64,000 bases of DNA. Source: Candidatus Marinacidobacterales bacterium. GTDB lineage: Bacteria > Acidobacteriota > Vicinamibacteria > Marinacidobacterales > DATDRI01. Below, piece after piece: positions 42,830 through 51,742 of the stretch. Made by a program: the position numbers and the translations under genes. The stretch's first letter is position 1. Every line of letters starts with the position of its first letter. The notes beneath the pieces are model-generated. The model saw only the letters and a list, made by a program, of their open reading frames with translations, ran no database searches and was not told where the DNA came from. The stretch covers positions 4,512,001 through 4,576,000 of the forward strand of contig CBDCNP010000002.1 in NCBI GenBank assembly GCA_965219415.1, written 5' to 3'.

Positions 42830-43156
42830 CGCGTCACGGATCCGTTCCGGTTCTCGTGGAAATAAGAATGGCGTAACCTCCTGGTTGCCTAAAACCAAAC
42901 CTGCCTAGAAAGGCGAGGAGGAGGATTATGTCATGAAAGAAGGCTTGTGATCCGCAAAAAAGAAGATCGCGTATCGACGGGCAGACAGCCAAGAGAGGGA
43001 GGTTCTGCGAACTCGTCTTCGCCTCTGTAGAAATTCTGCGCGCTGTCGACGCCGGACCACCGACGCAATAACGTGCTCAAGAAAGAACGCGTTGTTCGCC
43101 GCGAGAAGCTAGGTCAGTCAGGCGACGCGCGACAACCGGTAATCGTGATGGAACCC

Positions 43157-43334
43157 CGTCCTGTGCCAAAACTCGGCCCTTTTGAAATAGCCCATAAATC
43201 AGCAACTTAGAGTCTGTGTTTGTGGCCGTGCCCAGGGCCGGGCACGAACGAACGACGAAATCATGCAGGCATGGTGCCGGCAGACCGGGGATCAATCAAG
43301 TTCGGTGCGCGCGGATGAATAAATAGAAGGCACA
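43157..43334 (-). repeat. Complete C-A MITE (178 bp)
   Basis: Matches 14394-14571. Confidence 0.9.
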
Positions 43335-43372
43335 GGTGTGTGAGATAGCTCAAACCGTAAAAAGTTGATCGC

Positions 43373-43688
<316 letters not shown>

Positions 43689-43691
43689 GGG

Positions 43692-44978
43692 CTAAGGGTC
43701 TTGAGTCGTTTGTGTTTTTGGACACGACGGGTGCTCCCATTTTTTTTCAACATCAACCTCGCTAATTGCGACGCTGCTCTCGGTGATTGTGTTCAGCACA
43801 GCTTCAAGCCGGGAATAGTCATACGAGGATTTACGCGATTTCTGTCCAAGGAAATTGCGCAGGTAGCGTGACTTACCCTCCAGTTCACCCTGATAGGCAT
43901 CGGCCTTGGCGTTGTAACTGGTCCAGCGCACGCGAGCCCCGGCGTCCAGATCCAGGTAGCACTCGATTGCCGCTCCGCAGCCATTGATGTCGGCTCTATG
44001 TTCGCCGTTCGGTCCTATCGCCTGAAAAGATCTGAGGTCAGGAAGATCGGGTAGCTTTAAGATGCATATGTTCGGCAAGACTTTGAGTTCCCTACAGCGT
44101 TTGTAATTAGCAACGCCTTCTGCATCGTTGTCGAAGAGAACCAGAATCTTGTTTTGCACTGAGATGCTGATGAGGCCCTGCACGAACCGGAACAAGTTCC
44201 CAGTGCCCGAAAACGGGTAGCCTTCCTCCATGTCAACGAAATCAAAGAAGTCTGCCACATGCGGGCGCAACATCTTCAAGGCATGTCGAAGGATCGCCGC
44301 GTCCGAGCTGCCCTCTGTTACGATTAGGAAACGGTCAACAGGATCAAGCGGCCGAACGAAGTCTTCGCGGCGCGCGTAACCGCCTTGCTCGATGTCATTG
44401 AATGCCCACTGCACCGGCAGGTCGCACGCACGAGAGTTGCGGGCGAGTAAGTGTAGGATGGTGTAGGCGCTCAGGTTTTCCATAGCCTCTGATATAGCGC
44501 CGCCTTTACCCAGGTCGGCCTCTATGCGCTTGTCTAGACCGAGACGGGGTGCAAGCTCGCGCCGAAAGAACTTTCCGAAGTCCTCGCCGCCCTCGCCATA
44601 ATTGGCTGATATGGTGTTTAAATCGACACCTGCCAGAGCATCGCGCATATGCCCAAAGCAAAAGCGGGTCATGTCAAATCCAATGAATGCCGCAAGAAAG
44701 GCAAACTCCCGTTTGCACTGTTTGTAGGTATGTCCAAGCAGATTGAGGCGGTCTATGACTTGGGACAGAGGTTTCGACAAACCTTCTTCTAACTCGACGA
44801 TGGGCTTCCATTTTGTATCGCCTTCAAAGTCGGTGCCGTCTTCCTCACCAACGTAATAATAGGGAACATTCGCGACGTCAGTCTCCCCCTGAAACAGAGC
44901 GGAGTGGTCGCGGAAAACACTGTTCTTGCCCCAATCAATTTCAAGGCGGCCAACAGCCAAGTGAATCATCGAGCCCAT
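43692..44978 (-). CDS. HEPN/Toprim-N-domain plus Toprim protein; 3' end runs through repeat D
   Basis: LEIDWGKN, FLIVTEGSSD and LFDNDAEG. The last codons come from D (43696-43729). Confidence 0.8.
   Translation of the reverse strand: MGSMIHLAVGRLEIDWGKNSVFRDHSALFQGETDVANVPYYYVGEEDGTDFEGDTKWKPIVELEEGLSKPLSQVIDRLNLLGHTYKQCKREFAFLAAFIGFDMTRFCFGHMRDALAGVDLNTISANYGEGGEDFGKFFRRELAPRLGLDKRIEADLGKGGAISEAMENLSAYTILHLLARNSRACDLPVQWAFNDIEQGGYARREDFVRPLDPVDRFLIVTEGSSDAAILRHALKMLRPHVADFFDFVDMEEGYPFSGTGNLFRFVQGLISISVQNKILVLFDNDAEGVANYKRCRELKVLPNICILKLPDLPDLRSFQAIGPNGEHRADINGCGAAIECYLDLDAGARVRWTSYNAKADAYQGELEGKSRYLRNFLGQKSRKSSYDYSRLEAVLNTITESSVAISEVDVEKKWEHPSCPKTQTTQDP
43696..43729 (-). repeat. D end
   Basis: rc of CGTCGTGTCCAAAAACACAAACGA-CTCAAGACC. 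Confidence 0.85.
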
Positions 44979-45020
44979 GTCGTTGTCTTATAGACTGGTA
45001 TTTTCCAATTGGTTCGTCAA

Positions 45021-45441
45021 TCAATAGCCGCCTACGATGTCAGATGCATTGAATAGTTGGATGACGGCTTGACGCGAGCCGGGCTTCCTTCTCAGAAGGT
45101 CTATGACGTTCGCTACTTGGTCAATATCCCCTCCGAACAATCGTGGCCCGTATGCTCCCCAAAGGCTAGATCCTTCAGCAAGATCTCTGTACCGCGATAA
45201 GTAATACGAAATGAAATCAACGTCGTCACTTTTTTCTAAGTACCAGCAGAGCTCCCCAAGACAACTGAAAGGCTTTCCACGTGTCTCGGTTCGGCTTAAA
45301 CGAGATCTCGGATTCGTGAGTTCGAGCAGCACGCCAGTCAATTCTCGATTAGGACCTTTAGACGATTGAATTGGCTCGCCGTGTGATAGGAGCTCTTCGA
45401 TGACGCGGCGCATCACATCATCAAGTGTGGCCGCGGCGAAA
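45021..45441 (-). pseudogene. Thymidylate synthase-like N-terminal fragment
   Basis: GELCWYL, GAYGPRLF and RRKPGSRQAVIQLF, stopping before the catalytic PC motif. Bounded by an A tip at 45442-45457. Confidence 0.78.
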
Positions 45442-45616
45442 AGTTTTGGCACAGGACAGGAAGAGAGTTCAGACATCAACGACGCCTCGAGATCGATTTC
45501 ACGAGCATCGCCCTCCCGGTTCTGTCGCAGCGAGTTTGCGACTTCTTTTTTGCGGACGACAGCCCGTATGCAGGCGATCTGGGCTAGAACCGCTGCCAGG
45601 AAGACGCGAAAACAAC

Positions 45617-46864
45617 TCAAACGACGCCGGACACGCGCAACAGCTGGAACGCTCCCAGCCCAATGACGACGAGCACCACTGCGCCCGCGAGCAAGTTGGC
45701 AAACCATCTGTTCCGATGGCGCCCGAGCAGTGACCGGTCGTTCACGACGACGAGCAGGAAGATGGCGATGAGCGGCAGCAGGAGCCCGTTCGCAGCCTGC
45801 GCGAGGAGGATGGCTTCGGTGGGGCTGCCGCCCGAGAGCGACAAGGCGACACCGACGACGATGACCAGGATCCATACGCTGCGAAAGGCGGTGGACCTCA
45901 TGTCGCGGTCCATGCCGAGCGCGCCCGTCGTCGCATAGGCCGCTGCCAGAGGTGCTGTGATCGCACTGGTGAGGCCGGCGGCGAAGAGGCCGAGGCCAAA
46001 GAACGTTTTCGCGGCGGAGCCTAGGATGGGCTCGAGTACCCCCGTCACCATGAGTGCGTCGGCCTGTTCGATGCCTCGGCCAAAAAGTGGTGTGGCGGTC
46101 ACGACGATCGCAAGCGTCACCGCACCTCCGAGGGTCACGGACAAATATGTATCGAGCCGAGCGGCCGGGAGGGCTTCGTCGGCCGGAACCTCCGAGGACC
46201 ACTTCTCCTGAACGGCGCTCGCGTGCAAAAAGAGGTTGTACGGGACCACGGTGGTTCCGATGAGGGCGATGATGGTGACGAGCGAGCCGGCTGGGATCTG
46301 CGGGACCAGCATGCCCTTGAGGAGCTCTCCCGGAGCGGGCCCGACCATGACCGCGGTGAAGAGAAACACGGCACTCATGACCACGACCAGCGCCACCAAG
46401 ACGCTCTGTATCACGCGATAGGTGCCCGAGCCGAGGAGGACGGTCGCAGCGACCGCGATCACGACCGCCCAGGCTCTGGGTGTCCAGCCGAGCGTCAGCT
46501 CGAGCCCCAGCGAGGCGCCGAGCAGGTTTCCCGCCTCGTAGGCGGCGTTGCCAACCGTAATGGCGAGCGCCACCAGCCCGAGTGCCGCGTAGCGCAGGAG
46601 TGGTCGACGAAAGCTCTGACGGATTGCGTCGCTCAATCCCGAGCGGCGGACGATCCCCAGGCGAGCGGCCATTTCCTGCAGAACGGCAGTAGCGATGACC
46701 GAGAAGACGACGGCCCAGAGCAACGCGAAGCCGTAGCGTGCCCCGGCGTGTGAGGAGGTAACGATGGTTCCCGGACCGATGAAGGCTGCGGTCACGAGAA
46801 GGCCGGGACCTAGGCTTCGGAGTGTCGCCGCGAGCTTGCCCACCGGAGCGATATGCTGTATCAC
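45617..46864 (-). CDS. Nramp-family divalent metal transporter
   Basis: GPGLLVTAAFIGPGT, QEMAARLG and GTTVVPYNLFLH, with about 11 TM segments. Confidence 0.92.
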   Translation of the reverse strand: MIQHIAPVGKLAATLRSLGPGLLVTAAFIGPGTIVTSSHAGARYGFALLWAVVFSVIATAVLQEMAARLGIVRRSGLSDAIRQSFRRPLLRYAALGLVALAITVGNAAYEAGNLLGASLGLELTLGWTPRAWAVVIAVAATVLLGSGTYRVIQSVLVALVVVMSAVFLFTAVMVGPAPGELLKGMLVPQIPAGSLVTIIALIGTTVVPYNLFLHASAVQEKWSSEVPADEALPAARLDTYLSVTLGGAVTLAIVVTATPLFGRGIEQADALMVTGVLEPILGSAAKTFFGLGLFAAGLTSAITAPLAAAYATTGALGMDRDMRSTAFRSVWILVIVVGVALSLSGGSPTEAILLAQAANGLLLPLIAIFLLVVVNDRSLLGRHRNRWFANLLAGAVVLVVIGLGAFQLLRVSGVV

Positions 46865-46872
46865 ATGGTTGT

Positions 46873-47286
46873 CGTCGTGTCCAAAAATACAAACGAACTC
46901 AAGACCCCGCGCGCCGGGGCGTTTCGGATTAGAGGCGCCTAGGCTTGGTTCGCCAATGGAAGCTAGAATCCCCGGTCATGAGGACGCCGATCCAGCCCTT
47001 GACACTGTTGCTAGTCGCTATCGCTGGTTGGATCCAGCGTGACCAACAGGCGGCTATTGCGTCGTGTCCAAAAATACAAACGAACTCAAGACCGGCTCGC
47101 CCGGACGTTTCGTAATAAACGTGTCTACGCTTAGTTGGCCAATGGGAGCTAGAATCCTCGGTCATGATCACGCCGGTCCAGCCCTTGTTGGTGAGATGAC
47201 GCTAAGACCCTACGGTGCATTAAATTACAGCCAAAATAGCATTCGTGACCTTCGCTGCGTGCTAAATGGAGCGTAAGCGCCTCTTT
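46873..47286 (+). repeat. Repeat stack: D plus transposase start (46873-47059), second D (47060-47186), B internal part (47187-47286)
   Basis: D is followed by MRTPIQPLTLLLVAIAGWIQRDQQAAI, homologous to the A-type transposase N-terminus. Confidence 0.87.
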
Positions 47287-47443
47287 TGGACTTGACCCGC
47301 TTTCGTGGACACCTAATCCTTTGGGAGACAGGAGTCCACGATGTCAAAGCAGGGAAACAGATACGCGGCCGAATTCCGGCGCCAAATGGTAGAGCTGGTG
47401 CGAGCTGGCCGCGGCCCCGAAGAGCTGGCGAGAGAGTTTGAGC
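47287..47443 (+). mobile_element. IS3-family left-end fragment (same IS as 49499-50756)
   Basis: TGGACTTGACCCGCTTTCGTGGACA plus MSKQGNRY, cut by the 1285-bp IS. Confidence 0.9.
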
Positions 47444-48728
47444 TGTGCATCGTCAAAACTGCTCCGCCCACGAAATCAAGGACTTACGCTCCGCTTGAAT
47501 TCCGGGCCGAAGACGGCGAAACTCCGTCGCTATGCTCAACGTTGTTGTCTTCCTCGTCTCACTTGGCGTCCGTGCCATTCGGGCGATGTGTCGGTACCGC
47601 GCCGACCTGGTGTTGGAGAACGTCGCTTTGCGGCAGCAAGTGACGGCGCTGAAGAAAGAGCGCCCACGCCCACCGCTCGAAGACACGGAACGGGCTTTCT
47701 GGGTTGCCCTTCGAGGTTCGTGGCCCGTGTGGGCGAGCCGCCTGCTCATCGTCCACGCGGACACCGTAGCCCGTTGGCATCGCGACCGATTCCGACGGTA
47801 CTGGGCAAAGATCTCGCAGCGCCGCCATCCCGGTCGGCCTCGGATTGATGCCGAGATTCGTCGCCTCGTCCGCACGATGGCGCAAGACGGCTGGGGGGCG
47901 CCACGCATCCATGCTGAGCTCACCAAGCTCGGTTTCATCATCTCCGAGATCACGGTGTCGCGATACCTGCCGCGGCGTCCCGCGGAACCCGACCAGCTGA
48001 AACGATGGATGGCTTTCTTGCGCAACCATAAAGACGATATCGTCGCCATGGATCTGTTCACCGTGCCCACCGCGTCGCTCCGGCTGCTGTACGGCTTCTT
48101 CGTCATCGAGCACGGTCGTCGGCACATCGTTCACTTCAACGCCACGTTCCATCCGACGTCTGCTTGGGTTATTCAGCAACTACGCGAGGCATTTCCCTAC
48201 GACACCGCTCCGAGATATCTCATCTTCGATCGCGACTTCATCTTTAACGCTGCGGTCATCGAGTTCATCAAGGCAACGGGCACAAAACCCGTTCGCACTT
48301 CGTTTCGCAGCCCATGGCAAAACGGAACCGCGGAGCGGTGGGTCGGCAGCTGCCGCCGCGAGCTCCTTGAGCACGTCGTGGTTCTCGGCGCATGTCATCT
48401 CATCCGGCTCGTGCGAGCTTACATCAGCTACTATCATGAGGACCGTTGCCACTTGGGGCTGAACAAGGACACACCGAGCTTGAGAGCGGTCACGCACCGA
48501 CCGTCTCCTACGGCGAAAGTAGTCGCACTGCCGCGAGTCGGTGGACTGCACCATCGATACGAGTGGCGAGAGGCAGCCTGAGTCAGCTTGGTCGCTCGCG
48601 TTACTCGGCTGGTCGCCGAGAAGTTCGTCCTCAGCACCTTCCCTCGCGCGCTGACCACGCTCTCCAGCATGTGCTCGAGGGCGGTCCGGCCCTAGAGTCC
48701 AGTCCCGGATTAATAATGATGATGGACA
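47444..48728 (+). mobile_element. 1285-bp IS, full copy
   Basis: TGTGCATCG...GATGGACA. Confidence 0.92.
47532..48581 (+). CDS. rve DDE transposase
   Basis: Near-identical to 8396-9445. Confidence 0.92.
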   Translation: MLNVVVFLVSLGVRAIRAMCRYRADLVLENVALRQQVTALKKERPRPPLEDTERAFWVALRGSWPVWASRLLIVHADTVARWHRDRFRRYWAKISQRRHPGRPRIDAEIRRLVRTMAQDGWGAPRIHAELTKLGFIISEITVSRYLPRRPAEPDQLKRWMAFLRNHKDDIVAMDLFTVPTASLRLLYGFFVIEHGRRHIVHFNATFHPTSAWVIQQLREAFPYDTAPRYLIFDRDFIFNAAVIEFIKATGTKPVRTSFRSPWQNGTAERWVGSCRRELLEHVVVLGACHLIRLVRAYISYYHEDRCHLGLNKDTPSLRAVTHRPSPTAKVVALPRVGGLHHRYEWREAA

Positions 48729-48746
48729 CGTTATAATCGGGGCCCC

Positions 48747-49430
48747 ATGAAACGCTACCTGGCTGAATCCATTGGTACCTTTGCGCTCGTGTTCGCGGGC
48801 ACCGCCGCCATCGTCATTAACGAGCTCAACGGGGGAGTTATTTCCCATGTAGGCGTGGCCCTCACGTTCGGTCTGGTGGTCATGGCAATGATCTATTCGG
48901 TGGGGGACGTTTCCGGTGCGCATTTGAACCCCGCCGTGACACTAGGGTTCTGGGCCTCGGGGCGAATGTCGCGCCGTGAGGTTGCGCCCTACGTCGTTAG
49001 TCAGTCCGGAGGTGCCCTCGCTGCCAGCCTCATCGTTCGTGCGTTGTTTCTGGAGAGCCAGACCGTCGGCGCGACAATTCCCGCTGGTCGGGCTTCGCAG
49101 TCTTTCGTTCTCGAGGTGCTCCTCGCATCCATTCTGATGTTCGTGATTCTCGGCGTTTCCACCGGCGCAAAAGAGAAGGGCCTATTGGCAGGAGTCGCCG
49201 TAGGTGGAGCCGTCGCCCTAGGGTCTCTCTTAGGGGGACCCGTCTCTGGTGCCTCGATGAATCCTGCGCGCTCCCTCGGACCCGGGTTGGTGAGTGGACA
49301 CGTCCAAGCTCTTTGGATCTATCTCACGGCTCCGGTGCTCGGCGCTCTCCTAGCGGTCGGCGGTTGTCGCTGTGTGCGGGACTCGGAATGCTGTAACCCG
49401 AGCAACGCCAATATTCAGATAGAATCTTGA
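48747..49430 (+). CDS. MIP-family aquaporin/aquaglyceroporin
   Basis: SGAHLNPAVT and SMNPARS. TATAAT at 48732. Confidence 0.93.
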   Translation: MKRYLAESIGTFALVFAGTAAIVINELNGGVISHVGVALTFGLVVMAMIYSVGDVSGAHLNPAVTLGFWASGRMSRREVAPYVVSQSGGALAASLIVRALFLESQTVGATIPAGRASQSFVLEVLLASILMFVILGVSTGAKEKGLLAGVAVGGAVALGSLLGGPVSGASMNPARSLGPGLVSGHVQALWIYLTAPVLGALLAVGGCRCVRDSECCNPSNANIQIES

Positions 49431-49443
49431 CCTCTTTCTCTTG

Positions 49444-49498
49444 CGTCTGGTCCAAATGGTGCTTCCGCAGTCAAGTGTTGGCGGCCGCCGCGTAACCT
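49444..49498 (+). repeat. E tip (49444-49457) fused to B' end (49458-49498)
   Basis: CGTCTGGTCCAAAT|GGTGCTTCCGCAGTCAAGTGTTGG, matching ~11320. Confidence 0.7.
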
Positions 49499-49552
49499 TG
49501 GACTTGACCCGCTTTCGTGGACACCTAATCCTTTGGGAGACAGGAGTCCACG

Positions 49553-49867
49553 ATGTCAAAGCAGGGAAACAGATACGCGGCCGAATTCCGGCGCCAAATG
49601 GTAGAGCTGGTGCGAGCTGGCCGCGGCTCCGAAGAGCTGGCGCGAGAGTTTGAGCCCTCGGGCCAGACGATCCGGAACTGGGTGAACCAGGCGGATCTCG
49701 ACGAGGGTCGCAGGCAGGACGGTCTGACGAGTGAGGAGCGTGCGGAGCTCCGCCGCCTGCGACGGGAGAACCGTCAACTACGGTTGGAGCGGGAGATCCT
49801 CTCAAAAGCCGCGGCCTGGTTCGCTCGGGAGACCGAGTCGGTACCACCGAAGCCTTCCGATTCGTGA
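49553..49867 (+). CDS. IS3 OrfA
   Basis: HTH plus ELRRLRRENRQLRLEREILSKAAAWFA. Confidence 0.9.
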   Translation: MSKQGNRYAAEFRRQMVELVRAGRGSEELAREFEPSGQTIRNWVNQADLDEGRRQDGLTSEERAELRRLRRENRQLRLEREILSKAAAWFARETESVPPKPSDS

Positions 49868-50715
49868 GGGCGAACCAGGATTCACTACCGGTTGCCACGA
49901 TGTGCCGACTGCTGGACGTCTCCGCCAGCGGCTACTATGCGTGGCTTGAGCGTGCCCCGTCGGCCCGCGCGGTGTCGGATGCGGAGTTGCTTGAGAAGAT
50001 CCGGGCGATTCACACCGCGTCGCGGAGCACGTACGGCGCGCCGAGGATTCTCCACGAGCTACGAGAGACACACGAGCTCCACGTCTCACGCAAGCGTGTA
50101 GCGCGGCTAATGCGCGAGGCTGGCATTCAAGGTGTTCACCGGCGCAAGAGGGCGCACACTACGATTCGCTGTGACGACGCCCGTCCCGCCCCCGATCTCG
50201 TCGACAGGAATTTCGAGGTGGACCGGCCCGACCGCCTGTGGGTCGCCGATATCACCTACGTGCCCACGTGGTCGGGCTTCTTGTTCCTCGCCGTCGTGCT
50301 GGACGCCTTCAGCCGACGCATCGTCGGATGGGCAATGGCTACCCACCTGCGGACGTCGCTCGTCTTGAGCGCCCTCGACATGGCGCTGTTCCAACGCAAG
50401 CCCGGCGACGTCATCCATCACTCGGACCAGGGCACGCAGTACACGTCACTAGCGTTCGGCCAGCGATGCCGGGAGGCCGGGGTGCGACCGTCGATGGGTT
50501 CGGTCGGGGACTGTTACGACAATGCGATGTGCGAGAGCTTCTTCGCGACGCTCGAGTGCGAGCTGATCGAGCGCCGGTCGTTTCGCTACCACGCTGAGGC
50601 GCGCATGGCGACCTTCGATTTCATCGAAGGCTGGTACAACCCGCGACGACGACACTCCGCCATCGACTATTGCTCGCCTATCCAATTCGAAAGGAGGTAC
50701 TATCGCGACGCTTGA
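49864..50715 (+). CDS. IS3 OrfB DDE transposase
   Basis: WVADITY, HHSDQGTQY and DNAMCESFFATLE. Confidence 0.92.
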   Translation: MRANQDSLPVATMCRLLDVSASGYYAWLERAPSARAVSDAELLEKIRAIHTASRSTYGAPRILHELRETHELHVSRKRVARLMREAGIQGVHRRKRAHTTIRCDDARPAPDLVDRNFEVDRPDRLWVADITYVPTWSGFLFLAVVLDAFSRRIVGWAMATHLRTSLVLSALDMALFQRKPGDVIHHSDQGTQYTSLAFGQRCREAGVRPSMGSVGDCYDNAMCESFFATLECELIERRSFRYHAEARMATFDFIEGWYNPRRRHSAIDYCSPIQFERRYYRDA

Positions 50716-50820
50716 TCCCTAACTCTTAACCTGTCCACGAAAGCGGGGTCACTTCACCTGTTCGCGTGCTAGAGTTTTAGCCTGATTTCGATAGGCGCAG
50801 TTCTTTCGTCGATGCCGGCT

Positions 50821-50843
50821 GGGCCGAGTTTTGGCACAGGACG
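50821..50843 (+). repeat. A tip
   Basis: GGGCCGAGTTTTGGCACAGGACG. Confidence 0.8.
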
Positions 50844-50878
50844 GGAACTATGAGATACGATAGGGTGGGTAGGCGGTG

Positions 50879-50914
50879 GTTCCAATCCCCCCTGCGGCCA
50901 TCAGGGGTTCCCCA
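50879..50914 (-). other. Single CRISPR-repeat-like 36-mer (no array)
   Basis: rc GTGGGGAACCCCTGATGGCCGCAGGGGGATTGGAAC has a CCCCTG/CAGGGG stem and an ATTGGAAC end. Only one copy seen. Confidence 0.3.
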
Positions 50915-50968
50915 CGCCGCCCGCGCCGGGTCCGGCGCGGTTTCCTCTGTGAGTAAGGGAGGCTCCTC

Positions 50969-51346
50969 ATGGTTCGTTTGCTGCTGTTGGCGTTCTTACT
51001 CTCCGCAGCGCCCGTATCGGCCCAATGGTCAATCGAGGAATCACAAGAGACCGACGGCCTCAGATCCAGGCCGACAGCTACTGAGGCCAGTCTCGTGAGC
51101 GACGAGGGGCGGCTCGCTTGGGTGTATGGGTGTGTCCAGGCGCTTTCCGGTCGCAGCTATATTGAAGACCTAGAGCTCTATACCGAACAGAGCGGGAGGA
51201 GTTTAGCGGCGGCACAATACGATATCGCTTCGATGGCGGTCGGTGGCAGCGCGCCCGGTGGAACTCGTTCGGTTACGCGCTGGGGTTCCACTCGTACGAC
51301 GAGATGCGCCGGTTCCTTGGCATGCTCCGCCGCTACAACTTCCTGA
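50969..51346 (+). CDS. Hypothetical secreted protein, possibly frameshifted
   Basis: GGAGG SD and signal peptide MVRLLLLAFLLSAAPVSA. Confidence 0.5.
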   Translation: MVRLLLLAFLLSAAPVSAQWSIEESQETDGLRSRPTATEASLVSDEGRLAWVYGCVQALSGRSYIEDLELYTEQSGRSLAAAQYDIASMAVGGSAPGGTRSVTRWGSTRTTRCAGSLACSAATTS

Positions 51347-51540
51347 GCGTAGAGGTGGAAACAAACAGGGGTCAGGTGGCCAACACCTTCAACCTGGCGG
51401 GCACGATCGCTACGCTGGACGAGATAGCCTGCCCTGACGAGTGAGCGAACCCCCGCGCGCGCGATGCGGGTCCGTTTCTGAGTTGAGGTTGCCCGTTTCC
51501 GTCTGCCGCTGTTGTCCCGGTCCCATGTTCCGCGGCTGTC

Positions 51541-51716
51541 GGTGCTTCCGCCATCACGTGTTGGTGAGATGACGCTACGACTTTACGGTGCATTAAGTTA
51601 CAGCCAAAATAACGCTCGTGACCTTCGCTTCGCGCTAAATGGGGCGTAAGCGCCTTTTTTGCAAAGGGATGCGTACACATCACCAACAGTAAACAGCGCA
51701 AGCACCGCACAGGACG
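51541..51716 (+). repeat. Complete B MITE (51541-51706) fused to A tip
   Basis: Same B|GCACAGGACG junction as 11395-11570. Confidence 0.9.
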
Positions 51717-51742
51717 GGATCAAGTCATGGGAGCGTGATGAC

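Larger units (their letters stand above)
49499..50756 (+). mobile_element. Complete IS3-family element with 3-bp TSD (CCT)
   Basis: TG...CA inverted repeats (TGACCCGCTTTCGTGGACA / TGTCCACGAAAGCGGGGTCA), with CCT on both flanks. Confidence 0.93.

Noticed and set aside
45021-46892. 623-aa ORF as a Nramp-overlapping TS fusion
   Set aside because: The N-terminal part is an alternative frame of the Nramp gene read through an A tip. Only the last ~140 aa look real.
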